DNA from: Octopus bimaculoides
Lineage: Eukaryota
Length of the DNA: 64,000 nucleotides
Assembly: GCF_001194135.2 (NCBI RefSeq)
Contig: NC_068989.1
Coordinates: 96,466,476-96,530,475 of the forward strand
Direction of reading: 5' to 3'
Below are positions 12,785 to 26,133 of this stretch, in pieces; the first letter of the stretch is position 1, and every line of letters starts with the position of its first letter. A program made the position numbers and the translations under genes. Below the pieces are notes generated by a model. The model did not search any database and was not told where the DNA came from. It was given only the letters and a program-made list of their open reading frames with translations.

Positions 12785-14575
12785 GGGTGATTCTTGCAGG
12801 GTATTTTTTTTATTTGATTTGATTCTCAGTTTGCATTGTTTTGAAGGAAGTTTTAGACACTTTCAAAGCTATCTTCTTGCAATGTTCAGTATCTCTTGCA
12901 TGTATTTACTTGATAAAAAAAGTCACATGTTGAAGAACTGCGAATTGAAATCCTGTGACTATTGCAGCACAAATGTGTGGGGCATTGATTTTACTCCTTC
13001 TTCCCTCATACGTAGCTTGTAAGAAGTGGTTAAAAAACAAAGATAAAGATTAGCACAGGTGTTCGTGATAGAATGAAAATCCTCTTCCGTAGATAGGATG
13101 ATGTTGACGAGTTAGTTTATGATGCTAACATTTGATTTTCTTACACAGACTTAAACTGTGAAACATCTTACAGTCTCAGAAATTATGAATTATCTTTAGA
13201 CTGTTAATGAGCACAATCAATTAAGAGCTAACAGTGAGAACAAAAACAAACAAAAAACGGAAAAAGAAAGAAATTTATCAGTAATCTTTATCATAGTATA
13301 TATTCCAAAAATAATAATTTACAAAATATTTTCACCAATTAGTTCTAAAGAATTAATTAAAGGTGGCAAAGATATCCTTTTCTTTATTGTTATTTTTTTT
13401 TTCTGGGTAATTTGTACATTATAATTCCTAATTGTTTTGTCAATAAGGCTAATTGTTTCATCATTAATGTTAAGTGTTTCTTATATCTTTATCGTCTATG
13501 AACTATTTCATTAATGAAGCTAAAAACATTTCATTATTCAGTATAGATATCACATCCATCATCATCTGCAATTGTTTTGCTTTATTTATTGTTTTCTTTT
13601 TTGTTTTCTTCAAAACTAATTTTCATATCCAGGATATTTTTAATATATATATCTATATTCTTTTTTTTTTTTTTGTATTTATAATCATTATCTTAATTAT
13701 CCAAGATAATTATTTCATGATCATTGTAACTCTGACTGTTCACACTTGAGATAAGCAATTCATTATNNNNNNNNNNNNNNNNNNNNNNNNNNNNNNNNNN
13801 NNNNNNNNNNNNNNNNNNNNNNNNNNNNNNNNNNNNNNNNNNNNNNNNNNNNNNNNNNNNNNNNNNNNNNNNNNNNNNNNNNNNNNNNNNNNNNNNNNNN
13901 NNNNNNNNNNNNNNNNNNNGATGCAAAATCAGCAATCAAAAATTCTAAAAACGGAATTGGTGTTGATTATCAATAATAGCTTTTCCATAGTAATATGGTG
14001 AGTTTCAGAAACAACTCAGTCATTTAAAAGCAACACAACTACAGTAAAATATAATTTTCTTTTTTTTACTTTTTCTTTTCTTTTCCATTTCCATTCTCTC
14101 AGAAATCAACTGATTTCGGTGGCAGCAAATTGTTATGATAAAAAAAATAGAAAAAGAAAATAAAAGAACAACATTACAGCAAAAGAGGAATTTTCTGAAT
14201 TACAAACAAAATCATTTTTTAAATAATTTATATTATCAGAAGTTAATGATTAAATAAAGAAAAGAATGACATAGTAGATTCGTACAATAATTACTGATTA
14301 TTTTAACTTTCGTGTGACATACATGGAATCAACCTCAGCATATAAGATTGATATTTATGCCAAAGAGATGAAATAAAAGGTCAATTTTAGTAACATCTGA
14401 CTTTAGAAACAAAAGTCAGTGAAAAGGGCAGGAAACAGAGGGATATATCTAAGGGTTTACTATATTTGCCCTCATTGCTCAGCTTCTGTAACCAAGGCTT
14501 TTGATGTTCAATGTTTCAATAGGCAGAAAACTGGAGGTACTTGTTTTGTTTCATACTTTTATTTATAACATGACC

Positions 14576-14644
<69 letters not shown>

Positions 14645-14646
<2 letters not shown>

Positions 14647-14825
14647 CATAATTCAACATCCGTTTTCCATGCTGGCATGGGTTGAACAGTTTGACAGGAG
14701 CTGAAGAGCAGCCTGGATCCATGTCTGTTTTGGCATGGTATCTAAGGCTGGATGCCCTTCCTAACACCAACCACTTTACAGAGTGTGGACTGGGTGCTTT
14801 TTAAGTGGCACCAGCACCCAGGAGC
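14645..14825 (-). mobile_element. RTE-tail SINE/LINE 3' end
   Basis: catccgttttccatgctggcatgggttgaac...ggatgcccttcctaacaccaaccac. The same family occurs at 15150-15400, 22760-22995, 23555-23708, 29500-29700, 36770-36920, 51120-51208 and 59360-59600. Confidence 0.8.
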
Positions 14826-16061
14826 CCTCAAGATTAGAATATTTGTGTGTCGATGTATGAAGCAGTAACTGAAAGGAAACAAGCTTGACGGCAGTTTCAA
14901 TATGTTTGAGAGTTATTTGAATCTGTTAGTGTTTTCAGTTATAACCTCATTTCACATGATGCCAGTCTGCTCAGCTTAAAATGAGGACCAGCAAAGCTGT
15001 ATTGGTGTGGCATCTTGTTTGATGGGGTGCAGGACAGTTTTATTGCTTAAACATCATAAAAATTAGTATAACATGTCTTAATGAATATAGTATAACATCT
15101 GTCCTAATCAATACAAACATTGACTTTATCTTAAGCATCATCATCATCACCACCACCACCACCATCATACAGCCATTTTTCATGCTGGCATGGATTGGAC
15201 TGTTTGATAAGAACCATTGAGTCAAAAGATTATGCCAAGCTCCAATGTCTACTTTGGTATGGTTTTTATGGTTGAACACCCTTCTTAATATCAACCACCT
15301 TACAGAGTGTATGGGGGGGCGCTTTTTACATGGCACTAGCACCAATGAGGTCACCAAGTAACTCACAAGACAAGACCCTTCTCCAGCTGTGTGGGAGGGT
15401 GGGTAGTATTGATGGATGTGGCTTTGTGCCACTTGAGAAGGACAGGAGCACATGACTTGCAGTAAAGCTTCTCCAGTTAGAAAAAGGAGTGACATGAAGG
15501 TGACTAAAAGTGGTTTAGGGAACTGGACTGAGTAGATAAGTTCATGAGAGTGTTGAAGGAGAGTGGTAGATGGATAGAAAAGAAGATAGAGGTCACTGCT
15601 GTGAATGGTGAACAGGGGTTGAGATGTAATTAATGGTGAATGTCTGAGTAGAAACAAATTCAGCTACAATGGAATTTGATCTTGGAATACACACAAAAGT
15701 AAAATGCAGTCAGAATATTAACTCAGTGCCTTACCATTTTCATCAATTATGCTATCATCTCTGCTTTTCTGAGTATATTGAAATTTCCTTCAACTCATTA
15801 AGTAACAATTAATTAAGAATATTGAATTTAGATACCATTCTTAAAACAGATAAACCAGGTTTTTGTGTTTTATCTGTAAAATTCTAACATTGGAAATTTT
15901 CTTTCGTTTCACTTTATCAGGAAACTTTTATTCTTCTGTTGAAACATTGTTAGAAAACTGTTGCTACAACTATTTCTAAATCTGTCATAGGTTTGTATAC
16001 TTGTTTGAGTTTGTTGATAATGTTGTTGTTGTTTTTGATAATCATCATCATCATCATCCTC

Positions 16062-16124
<63 letters not shown>

Positions 16125-16844
16125 CAGTATGTTTATTGTGATAGTTTAGAAAGGTTGGCAGCATTAATTTTATTTTGTTTTTGTATATTTTTCTTTTGCA
16201 TTACCTCCCCCACCCCTGTATTTCTTATTAAATTTCTTATATCTCAGTGAGAGAGAGAGAGAGAGAGGGAGAAATGAAGTGGAACCAATATTCAACAACA
16301 CATGTCAGCACTTATTTCATTGTTTTTCTTTTAAAATAATCTCTCTCTCTCTCTCTCTCTCCCCCTCTCTCTCTCTCTCTCTCTGAGCATATTCTGAAAA
16401 TTGCTGTCTGTAGTAATAAGGTTGTTACCAATTCTTTGCTGGCATTAATTCCTCTGCCCACTTCTCCTGCAAAACAATTCAATAAATAGTCTCCTGAATA
16501 CGATAAGGAAATCCAAAGAATGAAATAAAGATACAAACAAAAATTAGCAAAAAGAAACCAACAAAAATGAAGACAAACCAAAACATAAAGTCAACTCTTG
16601 AAGATTCTCTGGATATTTTATTTATCTTTATTTAATTAAATGTAATTGATTTTCACTTTTTTTTCTGTTGTTGTTGCAAAGATAAAATACTTAACTAAAA
16701 TGTTTTCCGTCACAAGACACCAGCCCAGGTTTTTTTTTTTTATCTGACAAATAATGACCCTTAAACAACAAATCAAGTCTTTATTCTTTCAACATCAAAG
16801 CTACCTACTTAGTTACTAAGAGATCCTCTTTATATATCCTCTTC

Positions 16845-16985
16845 CATGGTTGTCTGGTTAAGAAGCTCACTTTGTAAGCACATGGTTTTAGGTTCAGCCC
16901 CACTGCATGATACCTTGGGCAAGTGTCTTCTTCTATGACAGCCCTAGGCCACCCGATGCCTTATTAGTAGATGGAAAGTGTGTGA
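16845..16985 (+). mobile_element. tRNA-derived SINE (family 1)
   Basis: ggttaagaagctcactttg...ggttcagccccactgcatgataccttgggcaagtgtcttc. Confidence 0.8.
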
Positions 16986-17064
16986 AAGCGCAAGGGTCCA
17001 TTCTGTGGAGTGGTTGGTGTTTGGGAGAACATCTAGCCATAAAAAAAAAATTATGCCAAAGCAG

Positions 17065-18645
17065 ACGGTGGAGCTGATATTATTGGAAGCTGTGAGCGGT
17101 TCCCCTGAAGGAAGAGAGTATGGCTGTTTTAGTATTGACTTTCTTCCAAAATGCATCAGCTCAAATTTTTCCTCGTTCAGTTTCATTTTGTTTTTATCTG
17201 CCCATTGACTCACAGCTTATAGATCAGACTGGAGTTGGGTTCGGTCTTCTTCTTCTTTGATGATTTGCTGGAGCTTAGTGTCATCAGTAAATATTTTCAC
17301 TTTGAAGTGATTTACGACGCTGGAAAGGTCATTTATATAAATTATAAAGAGGAGCGAGCCTAAGACAGTCGCCTGAGGGACACTGGTGACTTTTGCTAGG
17401 CTTGAGTGGACTCCATCGACCACAACTTCTTGTGTTCTATTCTCCAGGAAATACTTAATCCAGTGTAGAAGTTTTCCCCAGATTCTAACATTTGCCAATT
17501 TTGTGAGTGAGATATTAAGGTCAGCCTTGTCAAACGCTTTACTGAAGTCAAGATATATGACATCAGTGTTCGAACCTGTTCCCAAGTCTTTAAGTATATC
17601 TTCAATGTGGTGTAAGAGCTGTGTTAGACAGTCCCTGCGACAGCGAAAGCCATGCTGGTTTGCATTTAGGAGTTTTGGGGTCTCCAGGAAGTCAGCTATC
17701 CTTGATCTTACCACTCTTTCAAACACTTTAATGATGTGGGAGATGAGTGAGATTGGGCGATAGTTGACTGCGAGGGATCTGTTTCCCTGTTTGAAAACCA
17801 GGATGACAGACTGGGATAGGAGCTGTTTGGGTATATAACCTGAGTCTAAAGAATTTCTCCAGAGGCTGGTCAGACGGACTGCAAGTTGGTGTCTACATTC
17901 CTTCAGGAGACTTGCCGGGAATCTATCAGGGCCTACAGCAGAATAGTATTTGACCTCATTTATTGCTGCTATGATGTCTGAAGCAGTGAGGGTTATGTCC
18001 GAGATTTCATGTTAGGAATCAACTTCATTCGCTTCTCTTACGTCAATATCAGTGGGATCACTAAAGACAGAGCAGTATTGTTTCTGCAGTATTTCTGCCA
18101 TTTCTTTAGCATCGTGTTGGGGAATGTCGTTATCATCGATCAATGGTCCAATGGGTGAGACAGCGGTTCTATTCTTAATTGCATAAGAATAAAACACTTT
18201 TGAGTTCTGTTTGATGTTTTTGATTACTCACTGTTCCTCCGCAGCTCTTTGATTTTCAATGGAGGCTTTCATGTCGGTCTGCAGATGAAGTTTTTCCAAC
18301 TCCAGCCGTTTCATTATTGTTGACTGTGGATGTTGTATGTGGGAGTATTTTCATTGGTTGATTTTTTTTATTGAGTCTTTTGATGCGCCTGATGAGTGTT
18401 TTTTTCTTTTTAGGGAGCCGGTTTCTGTTTGTGTTAGTGGATTTCGTAGGAGCGTGTTTTGAGCATGTATAGGTGACAATGTTCTCAAAGTGTTGCCATG
18501 CAGTCTCAATGTGAGTGGAACTGAGAGTGAAAGACCAATCGATGAAGGACAGATCCTTTCTGATTGCTCCTCAGTCTGCTTTGTGGAAGTTTATGTTGTC
18601 AAATGAGTGACGTGGACCGGGATTGGCTGGTTTGGTTTTGATATT
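17065..18645 (-). mobile_element. CR1/L2-like non-LTR retrotransposon, decayed RT region
   Basis: ORF 17217-17726 reads NQHGFR...VIYLDFSKAFDK...VPQATVLGSLLFIIYINDL...IFTDDTKL (RT domains 3-5; FADD is mutated to FTDD). Flanking frames read SQWADKNKMKLNEEKFELMHFG and FYSYAIKNR...KEMAEILQKQYCSVFS. Multiple stops and frameshifts. Confidence 0.92.
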
Positions 18646-19018
18646 AATCTCTTTTACTCTTCTACTTGTTTCAGTCATTTGACTGCGGCCATGCNNNNNN
18701 NNNNNNNNNNNNNNNNNNNNNNNNNNNNNNNNNNNNNNNNNNNNNNNNNNNNNNNNNNNNNNNNNNNNNNNNNNNNNNNNNNNNNNNNNNNNNNNNNNNN
18801 NNNNNNNNNNNNNNNNNNNNNNNNNNNNNNNNNNNNNNNNNNNNNNNNNNNNNNNNNNNNNNNNNNNNNNNNNNNNNNNNNNNNNNNNNNNNNNNNNNNN
18901 NNNNNNNNNNNNNNNNNNNNNNNNNNNNNNNNNNNNNNNNNNNNNNNNNNNNNNNNNNNNNNNNNNNNNNNNNNNNNNNNNNNNNNNNNNNNNNNNNNNN
19001 NNCGGATGGCAACACCAG

Positions 19019-19051
<33 letters not shown>

Positions 19052-19079
19052 TTTATATATATATCTCCCCAACCTCAGC

Positions 19080-19559
19080 CTAACCCACATCCCACCCATG
19101 CTTTCTCCACTCTCACTTTCCCCACCTCCCAACACCATCACACCACACCACGCTACACCATACCACACAACACATCACAACACACCACCACGCACACACC
19201 AGCACTGACCAATTCCCATCCTCACATTTTCACACCTACTTACACACATGCATACGTTAAGATCACCAGCATTCTCACACACACACGCACCTTCAGTTTG
19301 GGATCACTACAACTTTGTTATCTCCCCTCCTTTTTAACTCTCCTGTGTGACCCTTCTGTCCGGCATTCGCCATAATAGATCGCTAACCACTACACATTGT
19401 TTTCTTCTCTCCTTGTTTCTTTCTGTGTTCCTTTCTCTGGAAGAGCGTAGGCTCGAAACGTTAAAGACTTTTTCAATTCCTGAGCGTTATACTAATACAT
19501 CTGTTTGTTTTTTACACCACCTGTCTTTGTCTTGTTTTTTTTGTGAATTCTCCCAATAT
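19080..19559 (+). mobile_element. Probable Penelope-like element pseudo-LTR / 3' region
   Basis: C/A-rich UTR-like tract followed by gaagagcgtaggctcgaaacgtt, which has the spacing of a PLE minimal hammerhead. It runs into a gap. Confidence 0.45.
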
Positions 19560-21195
19560 NNNNNNNNNNNNNNNNNNNNNNNNNNNNNNNNNNNNNNNNN
19601 NNNNNNNNNNNNNNNNNNNNNNNNNNNNNNNNNNNNNNNNNNNNNNNNNNNNNNNNNNNNNNNNNNNNNNNNNNNNNNNNNNNNNNNNNNNNNNNNNNNN
19701 NNNNNNNNNNNNNNNNNNNNNNNNNNNNNNNNNNNNNNNNNNNNNNNNNNNNNNNNNNNNNNNNNNNNNNNNNNNNNNNNNNNNNNNNNNNNNNNNNNNN
19801 NNNNNNNNNNNNNNNNNNNNNNNNNNNNNNNNNNNNNNNNNNNNNNNNNNNNNNNNNNNNNNNNNNNNNNNNNNNNNNNNNNNNNNNNNNNNNNNNNNNN
19901 NNNNNNNNNNNNNNNNNNNNNNNNNNNNNNNNNNNNNNNNNNNNNNNNNNNNNNNNNNNNNNNNNNNNNNNNNNNNNNNNNNNNNNNNNNNNNNNNNNNN
20001 NNNNNNNNNNNNNNNNNNNNNNNNNNNNNNNNNNNNNNNNNNNNNNNNNNNNNNNNNNNNNNNNNNNNNNNNNNNNNNNNNNNNNNNNNNNNNNNNNNNN
20101 NNNNNNNNNNNNNNNNNNNNNNNNNNNNNNNNNNNNNNNNNNNNNNNNNNNNNNNNNNNNNNNNNNNNNNNNNNNNNNNNNNNNNNNNNNNNNNNNNNNN
20201 NNNNNNNNNNNNNNNNNNNNNNNNNNNNNNNNNNNNNNNNNNNNNNNNNNNNNNNNNNNNNNNNNNNNNNNNNNNNNNNNNNNNNNNNNNNNNNNNNNNN
20301 NNNNNNNNNNNNNNNNNNNNNNNNNNNNNNNNNNNNNNNNNNNNNNNNNNNNNNNNNNNNNNNNNNNNNNNNNNNNNNNNNNNNNNNNNNNNNNNNNNNN
20401 NNNNNNNNNNNNNNNNNNNNNNNNNNNNNNNNNNNNNNNNNNNNNNNNNNNNNNNNNNNNNNNNNNNNNNNNNNNNNNNNNNNNNNNNNNNNNNNNNNNN
20501 NNNNNNNNNNNNNNNNNNNNNNNNNNNNNNNNNNNNNNNCAGCAGTCATATCAGGTGACATTAAAAATATGCCTATATATCTTTGACACTATATATATAT
20601 TTTTTCTACTAAATTATTATTTCATTTTCTACTGATGCAGAAAATGTCTAGTTCCCACCCCACTCGTTTGACTGTTTTACTATTATTTTCCTTCATGTTT
20701 CATATTTTTTCAATATTTTTATTTTATTTTCTCTTTGCTGGTTCATTGTAGATTTAAACAGAAAGCCATATGTATGTGTATATATATACATATATATAAA
20801 GCCATAATATGGTAGAAAGGCAGGCATTTAAATCTGCTATAATCACTCTAGCATTTTGTTGATTTAGGAAGTAAGAAAAAAGAAGAAATAAATAAAAGAT
20901 TGAAATTTGCATCAATGCAACATTATGCTGATGTGCAGCAGTAGTTTATGCGTTTTGTTGTTCTAAAGTGCTAAACATAAAGCCAGCATAAAGCTTGAAG
21001 AAGGTCAGAAAATATATTTGTCGAAACACAATATCTTCAAAGTGGAAAATAGAAAAAAAAATGGAATATTATCGATATAAAAGAGAAGTCAGCAACCATA
21101 TCATTACATGAAAATCGAGCGAAAATCAGATGCAATATAAATTAATTTTATATGAAAATTATTAAGCATAAAAACATGTTTACGGCCCTTTTTTA

Positions 21196-21228
<33 letters not shown>

Positions 21229-21859
21229 GGGTGTGTGTGTGCAGATACAAAATTTATATTTTATAGATATATATATATATATCCTTACACACACACATAT
21301 ATATATATATATATACATACACACACATGAATGCAAACATATATATATATACATACACATGCTTATTTATAGGTACACATACATACATACATATATACAT
21401 GCATATATATACATACAGATACGTATTTATAAATACCCCCCACACACACACACACATACACAGACACGTACATACATACATATGTACATATATATGTATG
21501 TATGTATGTTAAATTGAATGTTTTAATTCATATTATCACTTTTGCATCCTAGATATCCTATTCAGTTTCCATAATATAATATTCATGTGATAATTATGCA
21601 TAAATGCATGACAAAAGGCTCACAAATAAAATATCGGAAGCTGATATCACATATAAAGCTAAACATAATAAAATAAAAAGCTATCATAAATAAGATATCA
21701 TGGAATGGAAAATTATCTTTAATCTTCATTTTACTTTTTGTTCCTAATTCAAAATAGCAAAGGAGATTTTAGATAAACACCTATTTTACTTTCTATAAAC
21801 AATTTTTCTCCAAGTTCTTTTTTTTTTCTTGTCAATTTTTTCATGAACTTCACAATGCC

Positions 21860-22135
21860 AACATACACGGGTATCTAGGATTATGTCAGAAGAGACAAAT
21901 TCACCTAAAAACTAGAGTATCGCTTACACACTTGGGAGAGTTCCTCTTAAATGTACTCTCCACTATTGATAAAATACAAAATCGAATGCAAAGTCTAGTT
22001 GTTGATAAACTCTTCATCACTCCAATGCCCCAATTCTTCATAGAATGTTGCACATCAGAAACTTTTTGCATTTTTTCTTGTGGAAGGTGTTTAGGTGAGT
22101 TTCATTCTTTGGTCTCACTGATCAAAGAATTTGCC
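21860..22135 (+). mobile_element. L2/Jockey-like LINE C-terminal fragment
   Basis: Decayed frames read QIHLKLEYRLHTW..., LSTIDKIQNRMQSLVVD and FSCGRCLGE, resembling RPKLEYCSHIW...LDRIQNRA...GRCSxEL. Confidence 0.65.
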
Positions 22136-22696
22136 ATCAAAACTTAGTTTACTAAACTTAGGTAATTTGTTCCATGCTCCCTCAATATCTCATGGATATG
22201 CTGCAAATTCCTTGCCAAAGTTATTGTTTGTTTCTCCCACTAAAACTGATTAGGAGAATATAATGTAGCCCCATTGATCTCCTGCTGAATATCATCACAT
22301 TGGTCTCTTTAAATTCAAGCTTAACCAGTCTCTTGCCTAATGTTGGCAGTTTGCTTCATTTTAATACTTCTCTCTTCTTTTATAACCATTTCAGTTCCTT
22401 TCAATTTACTCTCTCCTTTATTGTTCTCTCATTTACCATGTTTTTTTATTGCCCTCGGCTCTTTTATATTTCTTTTATTGCTCTATCTATCATCATATTT
22501 TATTTAAAACTTTTAACATTCATTTTATTGGACTCGTTTATTTGTTATCTGAAATATGGGTGCATATATAAAGCTTTTGTGGCATTAATTTCCATTCCTC
22601 TCATTCCTTTGCCTACAAAGGGCCTATGTCTTTACTTGAAGTGATTTTACATAAAGAAAAATATATCACACATGTTTATACACACACACATACACA

Positions 22697-22748
<52 letters not shown>

Positions 22749-23183
22749 CCCTTGTCTTGACCTCGTGTGATGATTGTAAATGAGCATCATCAACATACAG
22801 TTGATGGTGTTCATTTCCAGTCTTCCATGAAAAACGTGTTTGGCCATGGTGGGGAGTGGGGTGGAAATATTACCTTGTTCAGAAACAGGTGAGGGTTGAC
22901 AACAGGAAGTGCATCCGGCTGTAGAAAATCTGCTTCAACAAATTCCATCTGACCCATGTAAGCATGGAAATGTGAACATTAAATGATGATGATGAAAGCA
23001 TCACAAAATTCCACTCTCATAGGGGTTAGGAAAAGTTTAAGGGAATTTTGGTGTTGGTCAATTTAACATTTCATTCAAATGGGGACTGGATTAACAAATA
23101 TTTAGGAAACACTGCATTAAAACATTTCTTATTCAAAATCCTTTCATAAAACGAACAAAAAATTAATTATTGGATTAATTGCA

Positions 23184-23208
23184 TTTTTTTCTTCTTTTTC
23201 AGGTAAGT
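23184..23208 (+). promoter_or_regulatory. Candidate recursive splice site (ratchet point): 3' splice site immediately followed by 5' splice site
   Basis: TTTTTTTCTTCTTTTTC-AG|GTAAGT: a 17-nt pure pyrimidine tract, CAG, then a perfect GTAAGT, with a TTAAT branch-like motif just upstream. Confidence 0.55.
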
Positions 23209-23554
23209 TCTTCAATATTATTGTGAATTTGGAAGTTCTCGTTAAGTATTGTTGGTTTTTAACTCCATCAAACAGGTATGACTGGAACCTTTTTTTTTTT
23301 TTCATTTTTCATCACCATGACTACATATATTGTGTGTGTGTGTGTGTGTTTAGTATTTTTGTCTCATTGTGGCTACATAACATTATATATTTTGTTTCCT
23401 AAGATTCTTGATATGAAACCAGGTGTTGAAACAGATATAATTTTGTACTTTGGTAGAGTCATTTTGCCAATAAGAATATATGCATTGTAGCTTACTTTTT
23501 ATTGTTAATTAATTAATTTATTCATTAATTGGTTGGTCAAAGTATTTTGATGCA

Positions 23555-23708
23555 CAGTGGTTGGGGTTAGGAAGGGCATCCAGCTGTAGAAACTCTGCCA
23601 AATTAGATTGGAGCCTGGTGTTGCCATCCGGTTTCACCAGTCCTCAGTCAAATCGTCCAACCCATGCTAGCATGGAAAGCGGATGTTAAACAATGATGAT
23701 GATGATGA
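23555..23708 (+). mobile_element. Young RTE-tail SINE/LINE 3' end with (GAT)n tail
   Basis: cagtcctcagtcaaatcgtccaacccatgctagcatggaaagcggatgttaaacaatgatgatgat is near-identical to the reverse complement of 51120-51208. Confidence 0.85.
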
Positions 23709-24230
23709 CAGCTTTTGCAATATTTTCTTCTTTGTGCAACTTTCTTGCAAAGTTGCAGAAAGAGGACACACAGACCACAGTTATGTGGTGAAAAACTTTA
23801 ATTAGTTAATTAAATAATTTACAAATTAATTAATTAATAATAAAATGAACTACGGCCAGTGTATATATTTTTATGAGAATAACCCTTTCAGAGTACATAA
23901 TCATTTAGCACAATTGTATGTTTCTATGTGTGAGATGAGTCATTATAAATGCAATTATAATTTTACCAACTAATTAATCTTATTTTTATAAACGAAAATT
24001 TGTTTTTTAAATATTTAAATCATCAATACTTTTCAATCAGTTTCTTCTCTAAACATCGTAAGATGTCTTATTCCTGGATATGTATTTAGTACCAAGTTGG
24101 ATTTGAAATAAAGATCTTTATTTTTGAAGATAGTCACACACTGACACCTTAGTCTAAGTGTATCTGGGTTGAGGAATCAGGCAGTCCATAAGGATCAAAG
24201 ATCAATCTGATCAATAAGTAATCGAAAGAT

Positions 24231-24385
24231 TAATCCTTTATTACCATATTTCTGTTGAAATGCTCTAATTTTGTTTCACTTAAATTTGAAAATAACGAAG
24301 AATTTAGAAAATAATTTTGACATTAATTAAACTGGTTTTTAGAACAAATGAAGATTATTTTTGATGGAAGATTTCTATTTCGGTC
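24231..24385 (+). mobile_element. Non-autonomous DNA element (MITE-like) fragment
   Basis: Aligns with 49120-49250 (ttgaaaataacgaagaattt...ctggt...gaaca...atgaagat). It starts ttaatccttt, similar to a TTAA-CCCTTT piggyBac-like terminus. Confidence 0.55.
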
Positions 24386-25645
24386 TCTTTGTTTGCATCA
24401 TTGAAGCAGGGATGGTCCCAGGTGGATTTGTACCAAAATGGTTCTATTATATTTTTTACATTTTTCAGTCATTGGACTGTGGCCATGCTGGGGCACCCTG
24501 CTCTTTGTTTTTGTTTTTTTGAAGTCTGGTACTTATTTGATCACTTTTTTTTGCTAAGCTATGAGGACATAAACAAACCAACATCAGTTGTCATCTGGTG
24601 AGGAAGGAATAAATACAAGCACAGGAACCACACACACATAAATAACAGGGTTCCTCGTAGTGTTTGTCCACCAAATTCTTTTGCAAGGCATCGGTTGACC
24701 CAAAACAGGAGTGGAAGACAATTTCCCAAGGTGGGACTGAAACCAAAAATATATTGTTGCAAATTGAGGTTTTTTAACTCTGCAACCGAAAAAAAGATGT
24801 GGTTCTTCCTTCCTTACACTACCAGGTCCACTAATGACCCCTGCTTCCTTCACCAGTGTTTCTCAAGGTATTTTCTGGAGATAATGCAGTGGTGGGGTTG
24901 CCATTGGCTCCTTTTAGTTATTTGTTTACAGACAGGTAGATAAACTTACTGAAGAAATTAATAAATAGGTAAGCATAAATATAGACTGGTAGTCAAACAG
25001 ACAGACACACAGACAGAAAGATAGATAAAAAGTGGGTGAAAAATTGATGGATATAGCAAGAAAGTTATAATAGACAAATAAAAATGGAGAGGAAGTCAGA
25101 GATGAAGAGAGAAAGAGATCAATAAAGAAATTCTTTAACCTGAAAAGACAAGAAAGAAATATTCAAATCCATTTCCACTAAAACCAAAATAAATTCAACA
25201 TTTGATTTCTTATTTATTTATTAGTTTTGGTATTTTTTATTTATTTTGTTTGGTGTTGTTGCACTTTATAAAAACCTGTAGTTAGAGACCTGTCACTTGA
25301 CTGGCTCATTGCAACTTCAATCTAAGCCAATTAGCTGGGCCTTGCCTCAAATTCATCTCTCCCTCAAATGTCTCCCACACATTTCTTTCTTTCTTTATAG
25401 ACCAATGATAGTCAAGTTACATCTATGTTGTTTTTGTTTGTGTGTTTTTCTATGTTTTTTTTATGATTGTGGTAGGAAGAGATGAGTTGGTGAGGTGGGA
25501 GGAGAGATGTGATGAGTGAGGAAGAGAAGGAAAAGGAAGTAGGATGAGAGAGATTGGAGAGTGAAAGTGACATAGATAGAGAGCAAGTGAAAGAAAGAGA
25601 AAAACAGACAGAGAGATAGATAGGAAAAAAGAAAATTAAAGAGTT

Positions 25646-25680
<35 letters not shown>

Positions 25681-25977
25681 TCAGGTAAAAACAAAAAAGA
25701 AACAAAGAGAAGTAAAAGAAGAGAACAGAAGATTATTGTTTAGAATTTCTATGGAAACTTTGTATTGTAAATATTTAAAAAAAAAATTTTTTCTGACATT
25801 TCAATTCTGAGAAAAAAAAATTCCTTCTCTGAGCTTTGCTGCTCATCAGTCATCATTGACCGTTTCTCAAACAACAGATATTCTTTGGCACAGAAGAAAC
25901 TTGTCACTTTTCAGTTCTGGTTTCAACAATTTTAATCATTTTAATACTATTCCAATTTAAGCTTTACATGCATGCAC

Positions 25978-26011
<34 letters not shown>

Positions 26012-26090
26012 ACACACGCACGCACACTCACACATCTATGTGTGTTTGTATATATATTTATGTATATACACACATACATATATTTATGTG

Positions 26091-26133
<43 letters not shown>

